Positions 35,718 to 48,054 of a DNA stretch of 64,000 nt are shown here, piece by piece; position 1 is the stretch's first letter; each line of letters begins with the position of its first letter. The DNA comes from Oikopleura dioica (taxonomy: Eukaryota; Animalia; Chordata). The notes under the pieces are model-generated. The model searched no databases. It was not told where the DNA came from and was given only the letters and a program-made list of their open reading frames with translations. The stretch lies in assembly GCA_907165135.1 (NCBI GenBank), contig OU015567.1, forward strand, positions 248,001 to 312,000, written 5' to 3'. The position numbers and the translations under genes are program-made.

Positions 35718-38078
35718 ATGCCAAAATTAAAGAAAATGCGCATCAAACAGCTTCAAGATGAGCTGTGCCGTCTGAACAGTGAACAGGAGCGCCTTCAAAT
35801 CGAGTTAACAAGAGTAAATCGAGAAAAGAAATTGATCGAGAAACAAATCAAAGAGGAAAAGAAGTCGCATGAAGAAAAAACCGAATTGGAGGAGAAAATC
35901 TATCAATCAATGAGTAAAATTGTCGGTTCAATTAAGCGAACAACATCAAGAAACGATCAAGACCGACTTATTCTTTCTGTTGAAAGAATGGACTTTTCCG
36001 AAGACTCTCTGGCTGGCTGGACTCAAGTCATGTTCATCACTCGTAAGAAACTCATTTTATTGAAAAACGAAGAAAATGAGTTCACTGATTCAGTGACTGA
36101 ACGCATGACTTCCTTCCAGCTCAAAATTCTCGCCAAAAACTCGTCCTTAGATCAAAAATGGATACGTCGATCCGATTTGAGTACAGAAACTGGAAAATGG
36201 GAATATCTAGGACCAGCTGATCGTTTGATCTCCTGTGGAGGTGAGGCAATCGTGTTGAAAACAGAGTCCGTCCAATACTCTTCTAAAAAATCGATGGCAG
36301 TACGGGTGCAAGCCTTCGACCCGAATTTGTTTGTTGATGACTTTAGTCTTGACTCATTTTTGGTTGAAATAAATGTTTTCTCAGGTGAGACAAATTTTCA
36401 TATATAAACAATTTTTCATTCTGATAAGATTTTGCAAATGCTGTGGCACCAACAAAAACAGAGGCTTTTAGAAATGGAAGAAAGCCTCCTAAAGATTCTC
36501 GGCCCTGCCACAAAAATGTGTTGAAGCACTATTATAACATTCGATTTTTCGATAAAATCGATGACGGAAAACAAGACTGTCTTGGTTGGATCACTTTCAT
36601 GGACTTTCTTCCTTATTCTCTTCGTGAATTTCTCAAAAACAATTCATTGAATTCGCTAGAAAGAAAACTAATTCTTCGAGAAGTTTTTCGAGGACTGAAT
36701 TATTTGGAGGACATTGGACTTCAGCACTACGATTTGAAACCAGAAAATATTCTGCTTGACGAAAATCTAACTCCGAAAATTATTGATTATGGACTTGTCG
36801 AAGATTCAAGTGGGAACATGGGCTACCGAAAAATGGGCTACTGTAGAGACGGAAGCATGTTTAGAGCACACAATCATCTTTGTAAGAGCAATGTTTTGTA
36901 AAATAAATTCATCTGCATTTTTAGACGCCGGATCTCCCGCATTCTCTTGTGGTCAGCAGTTGCTCGAACGTGGCGAGTTTCGCAATCGAAATATTTTTGT
37001 TTTTCTTGCTTGTGATTGGAAATCTGCGTGGACACTTTTGTACAAACCACTTGAGGACGATCAAGAAAGATTCTCAGTCAATGAAAGACTAAGAATTAAA
37101 AAAATCCTGCAGGTTTGAGAGAAACAACGATTGTTTTTATTATCTATCCATAAGGAATCAGGTGCTTCGTGGATAAGGAACTCATTCCCTACCCTTGAAG
37201 ACATCGATGGCCTTCAAAAGACTGTTACATTGATAAATTGCTCCTCTACTTTTTGCCTTGATGATCCGAATTTGACGAAATCGCTTGTTGCAGCTTCGAT
37301 GAAAGGAAGACTTACACGAAAATTTAATTTTGACTTTAAAAATGTAACAAAAAATGCAATAGATCAAAAAGACAGTGATCTTTGCGTTCCTATCACTGTC
37401 GCAACTCTCGTCAAACATGCCATGGTACACGACCTAAACGTTGACCAATCGAAGTATCCAATTGAAAGAATACTCACACACATAACAATGGAAATTTATC
37501 ATCGGAGTATGGCTGGACTAGATCTTAATCCAAACGAAGCAGAAAAGGACTTTCAAGAAAACGATATTGAAACTCTCTTAAAACGACTTGTTTTTCCAAC
37601 ATATTTGAATCCGAGTGGCTGGGACATTATCCGCGAGTGGGAACTTCCAAAGACAAGTTGTAGTTTTCAAAAAGGTATGGTATTCAAAAAATAGACTCTG
37701 ATCCTTCTAGTGCGCTTGAATCAAAACTTCAAATTTACCCGCCCCTTGACAGTGACAGGAGCTTATTTCTCCCCTGAAACCGGAGTTTTCTTTCACCAAA
37801 TGGTTCTCGATTACATTGATGAGCAATCAAACGAATACGTTCTTCAAAACACCCTGCTTTCCGAATGGAACTCATCGTTGAAAATCAAAGTAGACCAACC
37901 TTATTACGTGTCGGAGACGAACATCAGAGAGTATTTGGATCTTTACGGTAAATATGAATTTCACGATAACGGCGTGTTTATGCGGTTGGCAAACGAAAAA
38001 GTCGGTCAAACAATGGACCCATATAAATGGTATCTTCTTCCTCAAGCCTACAAAATTACTCTAACAAAAATTGAGTGA
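35718..38078 (+). CDS. Coiled-coil + protein kinase-like + papain-like cysteine peptidase domain protein
   Basis: CGGEAIV, HYDLKPENILLD and KIIDYG (kinase); DQKDSDLC, FFHQMVL and YVLQNT (papain-like Q-C/H/N). ORFs are linked by short intron-like gaps. Confidence 0.7.
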
Positions 38079-38169
38079 CTTTTTATTTCTGTTTTTTTGT
38101 AATTTTGATTTCCTTCAGATATTATTCCTGTCAAAAAATAAATAAATAATAACGCTTTATTAATCTTGC

Positions 38170-38720
38170 TTTTGACAGAAATTTTCGGAATTCCATTGGT
38201 ATTTTCGTCTTCCTTTTCGCTCGCAGACAGCTCTTTCAATCCATTCAGTCTGATTATCCGAGCATGTTACTTCGCAAAATTCATACTTTGGCTTCTTTTT
38301 CTTTCCCTACGAGAATTCGAACCTTTTTCGTCAACCAAGTGTGTTACCTTTCCGCTGGAACAGTTTAGCATTTTCACTAATGAATCTTTCGGCGGCGAGC
38401 ATTTAGATCTACTACTTCGGAATCCAATCACAGAAGAAGGTTTTTCTTGAGCCCAACCCTTCAACTGAAGTATCTTTCTCTGATAGTCAGGCTTCATACC
38501 CTTGCAGGAAACATCTTCGCTCAGATCCAAATGACACTTATCTGGTCCGCAGTAACAGTCGACAGAAAATACATTTGCGGGGAAGAAATCGATTTCATCT
38601 TTGCAGGCAAATCCGATTCTAGAGCAAGTTCCTGTCAGACAAAATGGAGTGACCTCAGAGTCGATTCTCCTGTGCTCCCGAAAGGTTTCCAGCGAGCATG
38701 ATGAAGATGTCTCTTATTTA
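38170..38720 (-). CDS. Small Cys-rich (sushi-like) gene, poorly resolved
   Basis: Exon CSRIGFACKDE..VDCYCGPDKC..VSCK ends in a GTATG donor. Confidence 0.35.
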
Positions 38721-39077
38721 TAAATATTTATTTAACGCTTTGTTAATTAATAAAAACCTGAATAAGCAAGTTGTAAAGAAAGAAAAGAGATCAAAAGTTT
38801 CATCTTTTTAAAAATCAAAATTGAGAATTGAGTTCAAACAACGGGTTTTATACCAGTAGCCATTTTTATCTTGTTTAGGCCTAAACATGATAAAACAACA
38901 ATCTGCGAAAAGCCACTCCAGCTGCTTTGGATCACTTGTGGTTAGATTTTTTTCAGCTTTATTCAAGGAAATCGGTTTTTGATCAAATTTTATTCACAGA
39001 AAATTTAAACTTATCATTGTCTTCGGGCTTATCTCTAAAAATGAAATTAAGAGTCTATTTTTGCGATGATTTGTTAC

Positions 39078-42000
39078 CTTCATGAAGAGGAAAACAACGG
39101 CAGCAGCACATAAAGCCCAAATAAACGAGGCTAAAACAACGGCGCCGGCGATGGACATTCCCGAGCTCGACTTGTTCTTCGAATCCTTGAAGCAGCTGAT
39201 TGCAGCGGCAGGATCATAGCAGCACTGGAAGTCGAAGACGCAGGAGTTTTCCGTGATACCAGCATATCCGCAAGGCTCCTTATCCAAGTCTAGAAATTTC
39301 CTAAAAACTCATCTCTTTACGTCCTTCCTACCAGTTTGGCCCCAACAGTATTCCTGTGGCCGTCTTCGTTTACAAACATAAGGCCTTGTCTCCTTACACT
39401 TCGCCAGCTGCCAGTAGTTATCTCTCCAAAGCTCAGTACACTCATCATCGACACTCTCACTAGGACTGCCTCGCCAGTTCGTATAAGTCACTGCCGAGCC
39501 ATCAGTCCACTGATATCCTCGAGCTCCATTTTTCGTCAAGCCAGTCCAGATTTGATTGTCGCCAACTTTGTTTGACGCAAAACTACGAACGCGGGAGTTG
39601 TAAGCTTCATTGTGCATCGAGACCAAATGAGCTCCGTGGCCATTGCAGCTGTGTTCTGCCTCGTGCCAGCCGACATTTCCGGCGAAGGCTCTGACGCAAT
39701 GATGCTCGCTCCAGTCATCGTTTAGATTATGCCAATCTAAGGAATGATGCTCAAGTCTCAAGACGAGTCTCACCTTCTCCGAGAACTTCGCAATCAAGAA
39801 GCTCTCCTCGAGGATCGCCATTTGACCAATCTGGTGGTTTGATGCCGCCAACATTGGCTTTGCAAATAAACGGAAGCTTGTCATTGCATTTGTCACTCAG
39901 ATGCCATTCCTTCTTGTTATCTTAATAGTTGGATAACGTAATACCTTTCTTTTTGAATCTTACCGATGTAAGCACAGGAGAATTCTGGATCATGACGGAT
40001 CGAGTTCATATCCGGCTCAGCCTTGGCCCATTCCGTATACGCTGTTGGAAAGCCATCAGTCCATCTTGTCTTCAAATACTTGCTTCCGCTGCTGCTTTCC
40101 GCCCAAGACATGGTCAGGCCAATCCAAGCAGCGTAGTCTTTATTGATCGGGTTCTCCCCGTTGAGACCGAATTCTTCGTAAAATAAGGAGGTCAAAAGGC
40201 TGTTTTCGTAGAAATCTTCGACGCTGGCCAGATCAATCTGCATATTTTTGTCGATGCTCTGGCAGTAGTCCCGAGCGCCTTGGAAGTTTGTGTCCGTTGT
40301 TGAACTTGAGACGAGTTTATAGCAAAAGCCTTCGGGTCGACCACTTGCATCTTTGTTTGATATCCACCCAGATGGGCAAGAATTCTCCTCAGGTGTCTCT
40401 GAAGTGCTTTGATGAAGATTTCATAGGTTGCTTTTAAAGAAAGGCTTTAAAAATAATTTATTTTATGATTTAATCGTCAGTGCGACTCGGCACATATAAT
40501 TTATTGTTATTGCAAGAATCTGATTGTCAAAAGCAATAAACTAAAGTCTTTTTTTATTCGAAGCTTCGTAAAACCACTTCGACTTGCTCAAAGTCGGAGC
40601 AAAACGGCTTTGGCTAGAGAAAAGGTAACATTATCTCGATTTTAGAAACAAGATCTCGAAAAATCTTTAGGCAACAATGAAAAAATTCGGAGGTATTGAC
40701 AACGACGATGATTTTGTACTTGAAAACCAACACGACATAAACAATACCGGAAATTGAAAATGATGTGAGGCTCATGTTATTTTCAGCCATTTTCTGACCT
40801 TTTTTTAAATTTTGCGCATGAATAAATTTCGATCCCTTAAATAAAGTGAACTTTATTAAACGCTTGCTCAAAAGTCAGAGAAAAAATTCCGAAGCTTGAT
40901 TATTATTCAGAGACTCTGAATCAGACCAATTCAATTTTTCAATCTTTTCCTTAAAGTATGAGAACACATAAATGGCTGCTTTCTTGACCCCGATCGATCA
41001 TTCCATTGGCCTGGATAGTAAGTTCCAATGCCATTGTAGCCTCCCGCCCAGAACATCTCAACATAGTCTTCAGGGTCAAGCTCTCCAATTGGCGCTCCAT
41101 TTGGCTCACCGGGAAGCCAGTTCGTGAAAGTCAGCCGGCTCTCATCCAGCCAGTGGAAAGTCATGTCTTGGGTCGTAGAAAGAGCTCCGATCCAAAGAGA
41201 TCGCTGAGCGCCGAGATTTTTCGAAAGAGCAGTGGCGAAGTGATTGTAATAAACATTCGGCAGAATTGCCAGAGACGCTCCAGCCCAACCACCAGCAGAT
41301 TCCTGCCCGCATCTTGTGTTTGCCTCTTCAAAAGTCGACTGAATTTGATGATCCGGGTCGTCGATTTGAGCTCCAAGGACTTTGAAGCAAGCCCGACCGA
41401 ATTTCTTCCAGCCCGCTTTGCAGTTTCCTGTACTGGGCCAGGATTGATCTCCGCTTGGAACTGGACTTGGTTCATGGTGATATGCTTGGCAGACGAATTT
41501 GAAGAGACTGTTGCAGTTGTTGTCGTTCCAGTAGCCATCTTCGTAGCTCTAGAATTCTATTAAACGATGGACTTGAGGGCAAAAACTTACAGCTGCTCCC
41601 CATTGATTACTGACTTCAACACAATCTTCTCCATCGCCCCAGTTATTCGGCTCCCCAGGAGTCCAATTTGAAAAATCAAAGGGCGTATGATCCGACCATT
41701 CAAACTGGCAGTTGTTGCAGAATTTTCTCGCTCCAAGCCAAAATGGCGGAAAATAATTCCCACCAGAAGCAACTACCATGTCGTAAAGTCGGTTGTCTTC
41801 GAATTGGGTGTGCACTGTAAGAAGGCTTCCCCGACAAGTTGGGCAGCCAATGACAGACGCTTCGCAGATTGCCTGAGCATCTGACCAGCCTCTTTTTGTC
41901 CCTTCATCGTCGATCAAATACACGCATTTGGCTCCATCATTACTGGATGCTTCCCAAGGCTCTCCGGGAAAGGTCTTTTCATCTATCGTCGCGGATACGC

Positions 42001-42169
42001 AGGAAAATTTCGCATTTTCAATGTTTTCTCGGTACTTTTTAAAGTAATCGAGCTGGTAGCTAGTACTGTTGTCTTTTCGGAAAACTCGTTTGCTTCCTTT
42101 GTCAAAGTAAAAATTTTCAGAAAGCTCCAGAGAAGCTGACAAGCTTCCTAGAGCCGCAAGAAGCTTCAT
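39078..42169 (-). CDS. Mannose-receptor-like C-type lectin: four C-type lectin domains (CTLDs) + P-type trefoil + TM (tail unresolved)
   Basis: Signal MKLLAALG; FWLG/LWIG/AWIG/IWTG motifs; EPN in domains 1 and 2; KEPCGYAGITENSC..QCCYD..SCF; TM IAGAVVLASFIWALCAAAVVFLF. Confidence 0.85.
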
Positions 42170-42480
42170 TTTTCTCTCTTGAAATGTGAGAAAAATGAAG
42201 AATCGAGGGAGTTAGAAGTGATAAATTTGTTTTTCGCGAAGAAATTATCGAATATTTGCGCTTTTTGAAAATAGAAGAAATCACGAGAATTCCAGGACAA
42301 GTTTTTTTTATTGAAATGTTTCTTGATTACTGATTAACAATTAGTTCATCATTCTGAGAAAAATTCAAGAGCGCATACTTTGGCCCGCGGTCATGTTTCG
42401 CTTCTCGTGCATTCTATTCTCCATCCCTTCTCCTGCTGGCACGAATTCTGCACAATAATGACAAATAGTAAAATACTGAA

Positions 42481-45400
42481 ATGATATTCTTTTTATTTCT
42501 ATTCCTGCCCATACGAGGGCAAAAATGCGAGAACGGGAAAGGAAAACATGAAGAACCAGTGACTTTTTGTGAAGAATTAGAGAGATTTCCAGATGTTGGG
42601 CAGATTCGAAAAACCATCAATTTAGGTAGTAAAACGTCTTTTTTGCTGATTTTATCTTCTAGATTTGAGAGTTATTTTGTGGCAACCATAAGTAGCCGTC
42701 TTTATTGAATTATATAAATTTTTCTTAACTCGTCGATACGAAGATAGAATTAAATAACAACCAAAGTGAGGTACATTGTAAGGGGGATTATTGATGTTAC
42801 TTAAAACGATTAACAAGAACAATCAGGGACCAATTCATTCACTCGATAATTAAGTTATCCAAAATTCCTCCATAACCGAAATCCACGGCCGTGCGATCCG
42901 CCGTCTACCTTTCCTAAAATCCATCGTTTTCGAAGACACACCCCTCTCGAAAATCCATCATCGAGCATTTATCAACCAGCCGGAAAAACTTATCTTTATC
43001 CGCAACGATTTTCAATCAATCCCACTCAATGCTTTCGAAGCAAGACTGCAGAATCTCACTCTTTCGGAGCAGAAAATTTCAAAGATCACGAATTCTACCG
43101 GCTTTGAAATGGCAAAACGATCTTCTCAGCTGCAGAAACTCATTCTTCGGGACAACCTTATAAATACGATAGAAGAAGGGGCTTTTTCGAAATTCGAAAA
43201 CTTGAAAATTCTCGACTTGGGATTCAACAAGCTGATGCAACTCGACTTTCACCCTGGAAAGGTCACTGATTTGCGCCTCGATCACAATGAAATCTCCCAC
43301 ATCACCCCACTCTTCAGCTTGAACTCAGAAAACATCGAAAAACTCGTCTTGCGGAACAACAAACTCATCTCAATTCCAGTCTTCAATTTTCAAAAAATCA
43401 CATTTCTCGATTTGCGATGGAATTCAATTTGGAACACGCCATTCAATGAGCTTGAATTTTCTCAGTTTGAGGAGCTATCTGGTGAGTTTCTCATTGGCCA
43501 AGCGAAGATTTACTGCAATTGTGAGGCGAGATGGCAGAAAAGAGTGCAGAGAATCGAAGGATTAGAGATAGAATGTCGGCCAGAATCTTCAAGGGGTTGG
43601 AAAAAACAAGTTCAAATGAAGAATTATTTTGAAAATAACTGTCAAGAATCATCCTCAGATTTTCTCGAGGAAACAACAACATCAACCCCAGCAACAACGA
43701 CAACAAGTCTGATTCCAACAGACTTTCCCTACGCTACGATATCTCAAGATTCTCAAACAACAGCATTTTCGGACGGAATACCTGTAGTCCTTGATGCACC
43801 ACTCTGGAGATCTGGAAATCAAGAAGATGATGATTCTGATTTCGAACTCTCCGGAGATGAAGATGTTTCGCTTGAACTCAAAGAGCCAGAATCTCAAATT
43901 GTCGAGAACGATTTTTGGTTCTGGGACATGATTAAGGATCTACAAGAGCATGATTCAAACTCTGAAATTCTAGAGCCGCTGCCAGTTGACACGGAAGATA
44001 AGAATATTCAGAGTGCTCCTCTTGAAACCACAAGCACAACAACATCTTACGATGGCATAACAGCAATTACGCTCATTTCTACCTCCAAAAATGAGGGCTT
44101 CTCAGAATTTTCAAAGACAAAAGTTTCTACATCAACAGAAAAATCAACGGAAACAATATCAGAACTGGGCAAAACAACAAATCCTCATCATGAAAAAACT
44201 TTTCAAACAGAAGCTTCTGAAGTGGATACAAGAATATCGACGAGTAAAACAACAACAACAATAACAACAACAAAAGCATCAACATCATCATCAACGACTA
44301 CAGCAACCACAACAACAACAACGACGACGACAACAACAACCACGAAACAAACAACAAAAACCTTAAGCGCAAAACGGCTCCGCCAACTGGCCCGGCAAGA
44401 AAACCAAATCAAATCCCGAGTCAACAAAATGAACAGTCGCTACAACAAGCAACAGTGGAATAAAATCAAAGCCGTCCGTGAAAGCGCAAAATGGAAAGCG
44501 AACCAGAAAAAACGGCTCAATGAATATTACTCCAGATCAAAGAACTTGGCGAATATGGCGCAAAGAAAAATGATCCTTGAAGATGTAAAGGTAAGTCGGC
44601 ATCATTTAGTGGGGAATAAATAAATCGAAGATGAAAAACTTTTGTTTTATGGAGGAGAAAGAATCGACAGAGCGTGATATCTTCGTCTAGATGACAATTA
44701 AGAATATCTTTATTCATTTAGAGTCTTTTTGACGCCGATAAAAGAGAGAACACATTTGTATCTGTTTTTATCGTTTTACCATACGACAATATACTGAATA
44801 CTCAGACACTAGTCATGATTCATGAACCTTCGTTAACACTGTTTTCAAGGCTGAAAAAGAGTTCCGCGATTTGATCACAATGCTGAATACAACAACGACC
44901 ACCACTACCACAACGACGACCACCACTACCACTACGACAACAACAACGACAACCACAACGAAAAAATTCCTCGACATGAAGCATCTAATCGAAACTCTCA
45001 ACCGCGTTGCTTTGGAAGATCGACTCTGTCTCTTTTTCTTCGCCGAGGTGAAAAACTGGTTCAGCAATGGCGGCGGAAGAATGACAAAGTCTACCTTTTT
45101 CCAGTTTCTCAAGAGATGCGAAGTTTACGAATACAGAACAAAGATTTTCGAGTATTTTGGTGGTCGATTGGTCCTCACAGATGAAACGACAACGGAAGGT
45201 CCATTGACTCTTCCAAAAACGACTCAGCAAAGTTCAACGAGGCGGAAATTTTTCACTCTGAAGCCTCGGCCTTTCACTCCAAGAACAACCCCGTCATCAA
45301 TTTCTCCAGCTCGAACGACAAGAAAAACCATCGGTTTTCCTGCTCCAAGACCAACCAAGAAAATCGAAGATGAGACAACAGTAGAAACAACGACTGAACA

Positions 45401-46027
45401 GCTCCGACTTCCAACAAAACCGGCGACAAGGCCTTCCGAAGTGACTCAAAGACCCGGAATAGTTCAAGCTACAATAGGATCGGATTGAAAAAATGGATTT
45501 TTTAAGATAAATTTTCAATTTTTATCAAAATATTATTTTCAACCCTTCAAGAAACAAAGCCATCTACCGAGGAAACATCTACCCTCGACGTATCCGGCCA
45601 AGGCGCCACTATCAAAGTAACAACCGATTGGAAATTCGGCAACTCACCAGCCAGCACCACCAAAAGACCATTTTTAAACAACTCCACTTTGCCTGAAGAA
45701 AAAAGAATCATCATCATCGTCACCATTTCTTTCGTAGCTATCAGTAAGTTTGAGAACTTTCTCGAATCTCATAATCATTATAAACTTTTCCAGTGCTCTT
45801 TGGATCGATCGGAATAACAATGATTCGCAACATGCTCTGTCTTGAATCGCCAGCAGCTCGACAGGCTCGGTAAGAGAACTTTTCAAGGCCATTTTTTATC
45901 ATTTCTCAAAAGCGAAATCCGGGAAATGGAGCTCAACGAGCAGGCCCAGGCTCGACTCTTTGCTCGCCGCAGAAGAAGAGGTCGATCTGATGCCCCTCCA
46001 GCCTACAATGATCTTTTCCCAGAATAG
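42481..46027 (+). CDS. Leucine-rich repeat type I membrane protein with mucin-like stalk and cytosolic PPxY
   Basis: Signal peptide + LRRNT at 42481; LxxLxLxxN repeats; LRRCT (IYCNCE..ECRP); poly-Thr tracts; TM IIIIVTISFVAI|VLFGSIGI; PPAY near the C-terminus. Confidence 0.85.
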
Positions 46028-46179
46028 AATGATCAATTCGTGTACAGAACTATTTATTCCTCTTCTTCAATCAATTATTTATTCACACCATTCACTGCTA
46101 CAAAATAAACGGATACATTGAGCGATAAAGAATTTTCAATTAATAATTTATAAACAAAAAGAAAGTCAGGGAAGAATTT

Positions 46180-47734
46180 TTACTTCATTTTTCTCAAATA
46201 CTGAGCCAGACTTATCCCGGCAAAAATATTCTGACGATCGTGTTTTGGTATAGAAGGGAATCGCTTGAAAATCTTTTGGAGCTCTTCTGGCTTTGCTTTG
46301 AGATACAAGTCGATTGGTTGGCCCAGGCCGAATTTTGAAAGAGCTTTCAAAGTCACCTTAAAAATGCCGATTTCCGTACGCCAAAATGAAGGTACCTTAG
46401 ATTTAATCGGCAAAGCCTTAATGATTGTCCTCGGAAGCGAAACGCTAGAATCTTCATAACTCGAGCTCGTCCCTGCCTTGGTCGAATCAATTGACTTTTC
46501 TTCTTCTTTCTTCCGTTTTTCCTTAATTCATAAATGATCTTTGACGATGTTACAATTGTACCTGTATGCTGAGGGAGAAGACAACCCGTAAATCATTCTT
46601 GTCCAGGTCAAACTTGAGGAAGTCTGTATATGTAAGAGTTCGCATGACGTTTGGGGAGTGGCAATTTGCCCGGACGAGTTTCGACTGGCCTTTTGGTGAG
46701 ATCAGATTGAAGATGTGTTTGAAGTCCCCTTTGAGCGTCATTCTTAAAAGTTGCTCTTTATATATCGTTCTTATTATACCAATTTTCGAAGCAGGTAGGT
46801 CGTAAAATACTGTTACTTACCGTCTATTCTGCCTTGGATTCAAACTCTCCGCCATATTTTTCTCCATCTGCAGCACCAAATAGCTTCGTTTGCCAGCTTT
46901 CCCTGAGAAGTCGTTTTTAAGCGGAGAGGTGACTGTAAAAATACGTGCTGACGGAGGTTTCTCTATCATGTTTGGTGAGACTTGAACATTCGAGGAATTC
47001 AGTGAGGCGTTTACGACGCAGGCTAATTGCTCCAGGATTTCGAACTTCTCGTCTGTTGTATAAACTGTCGACTAAAATCAATACTTCAATCATGATCATA
47101 AAAAGTCCGAAAATAATGTTTGAGTTTAGGGTTAGGGTTAGGAAACTAACAAAAGAGTTCTTGAGGGAATGATAAGGGTTAGGGTTACACCTAGGGTGGA
47201 CAAAATTAGGGATTGAGGGTTTATGACAGGAATAACCTGACGATAACTCTCCTTTACTCACTGTTTATCGATTTTTAGGATTTCGTCCACCCTAGGTTAG
47301 GGTTTTACGATCACCCTTATCATAACAGGGAGGTGTCAAGAACTGACAAAAAGTCGACAAATTTTGGGTGGAAATTTATGACCAATCAGAAGCCTTGATT
47401 CAACTAACCGTCCAATTAGCAGCCGAGTAGCCGCCCACGCAAAATTTGTCGAGATTTTTTGTCGATTTGTAACACCAGCCGCCGAAAAATCTTTATTTCC
47501 TAATCATGAGAAAACTAGGTTTCTCTCTATTTCATGAAGAAAAAACATGTTAGGTTGATATGTTACCTGTACAATATTTCTTTTGAACATCTCCCCTGAA
47601 TCTCTCATCACAGACTCGAGCCCTCCGTTATCTTGAAACGCGCTTTTCGCCAAATGTGTCAAATTAATCTCTGGAATCATAACTGCTCTTGAATCCATTG
47701 TAAAATCGCTAGTAAAATTTGTCTTCTCGATCAA
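46180..47734 (-). CDS. Hypothetical spliced protein
   Basis: Several ORFs bounded by GT/AG sites; no family confidently recognised. Confidence 0.5.
47169..47323. mobile_element. Intronic MITE with TTAGGG-like motifs
   Basis: ATGATAAGGGT..CCTAGGGTGGACAAAAT is an inverse of ATTTCGTCCACCCTAGG..ACCCTTATCAT. Confidence 0.6.
47332..47476. mobile_element. Adjacent intronic MITE
   Basis: GGTGTC..GACAAAAAGTCGACAAATTTTG is an inverse of CAAAATTTGTCGAGATTTTTTGTC..ACACC. Confidence 0.55.
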
Positions 47735-48054
47735 TTAATTTTTGCTTGGTTTGAGCGGGAAAGGCCTGACGCTAGATGTCGCGGAGCGCGTTTTACATAC
47801 TTTTTCATACCGCAGCTGTAGTATTTTACGTGAGATGCGCTTCGACTCGTTGTGCTTCATCGATTTTATGATAATGGAATGCGATTCAAATACGTTCTTT
47901 TGTGTTTATTTGGGGAAAAGACTCATTGGTAAATGTCTAAATGTCAGTTTTTATTGATTTTAGTCCTCAAGGATCTCGGAATAGTAAACAAAAACGAAAA
48001 TATATTTCTTTTTTTGAAGAAGAAAATGAAAAAATACTGAATTAAAATTTTCAA

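Noticed and set aside
46180-46741. MUS81/FANCM-like nuclease
   Set aside because: The resemblance is only vague, and no ERKxxxD-type catalytic motif was seen.
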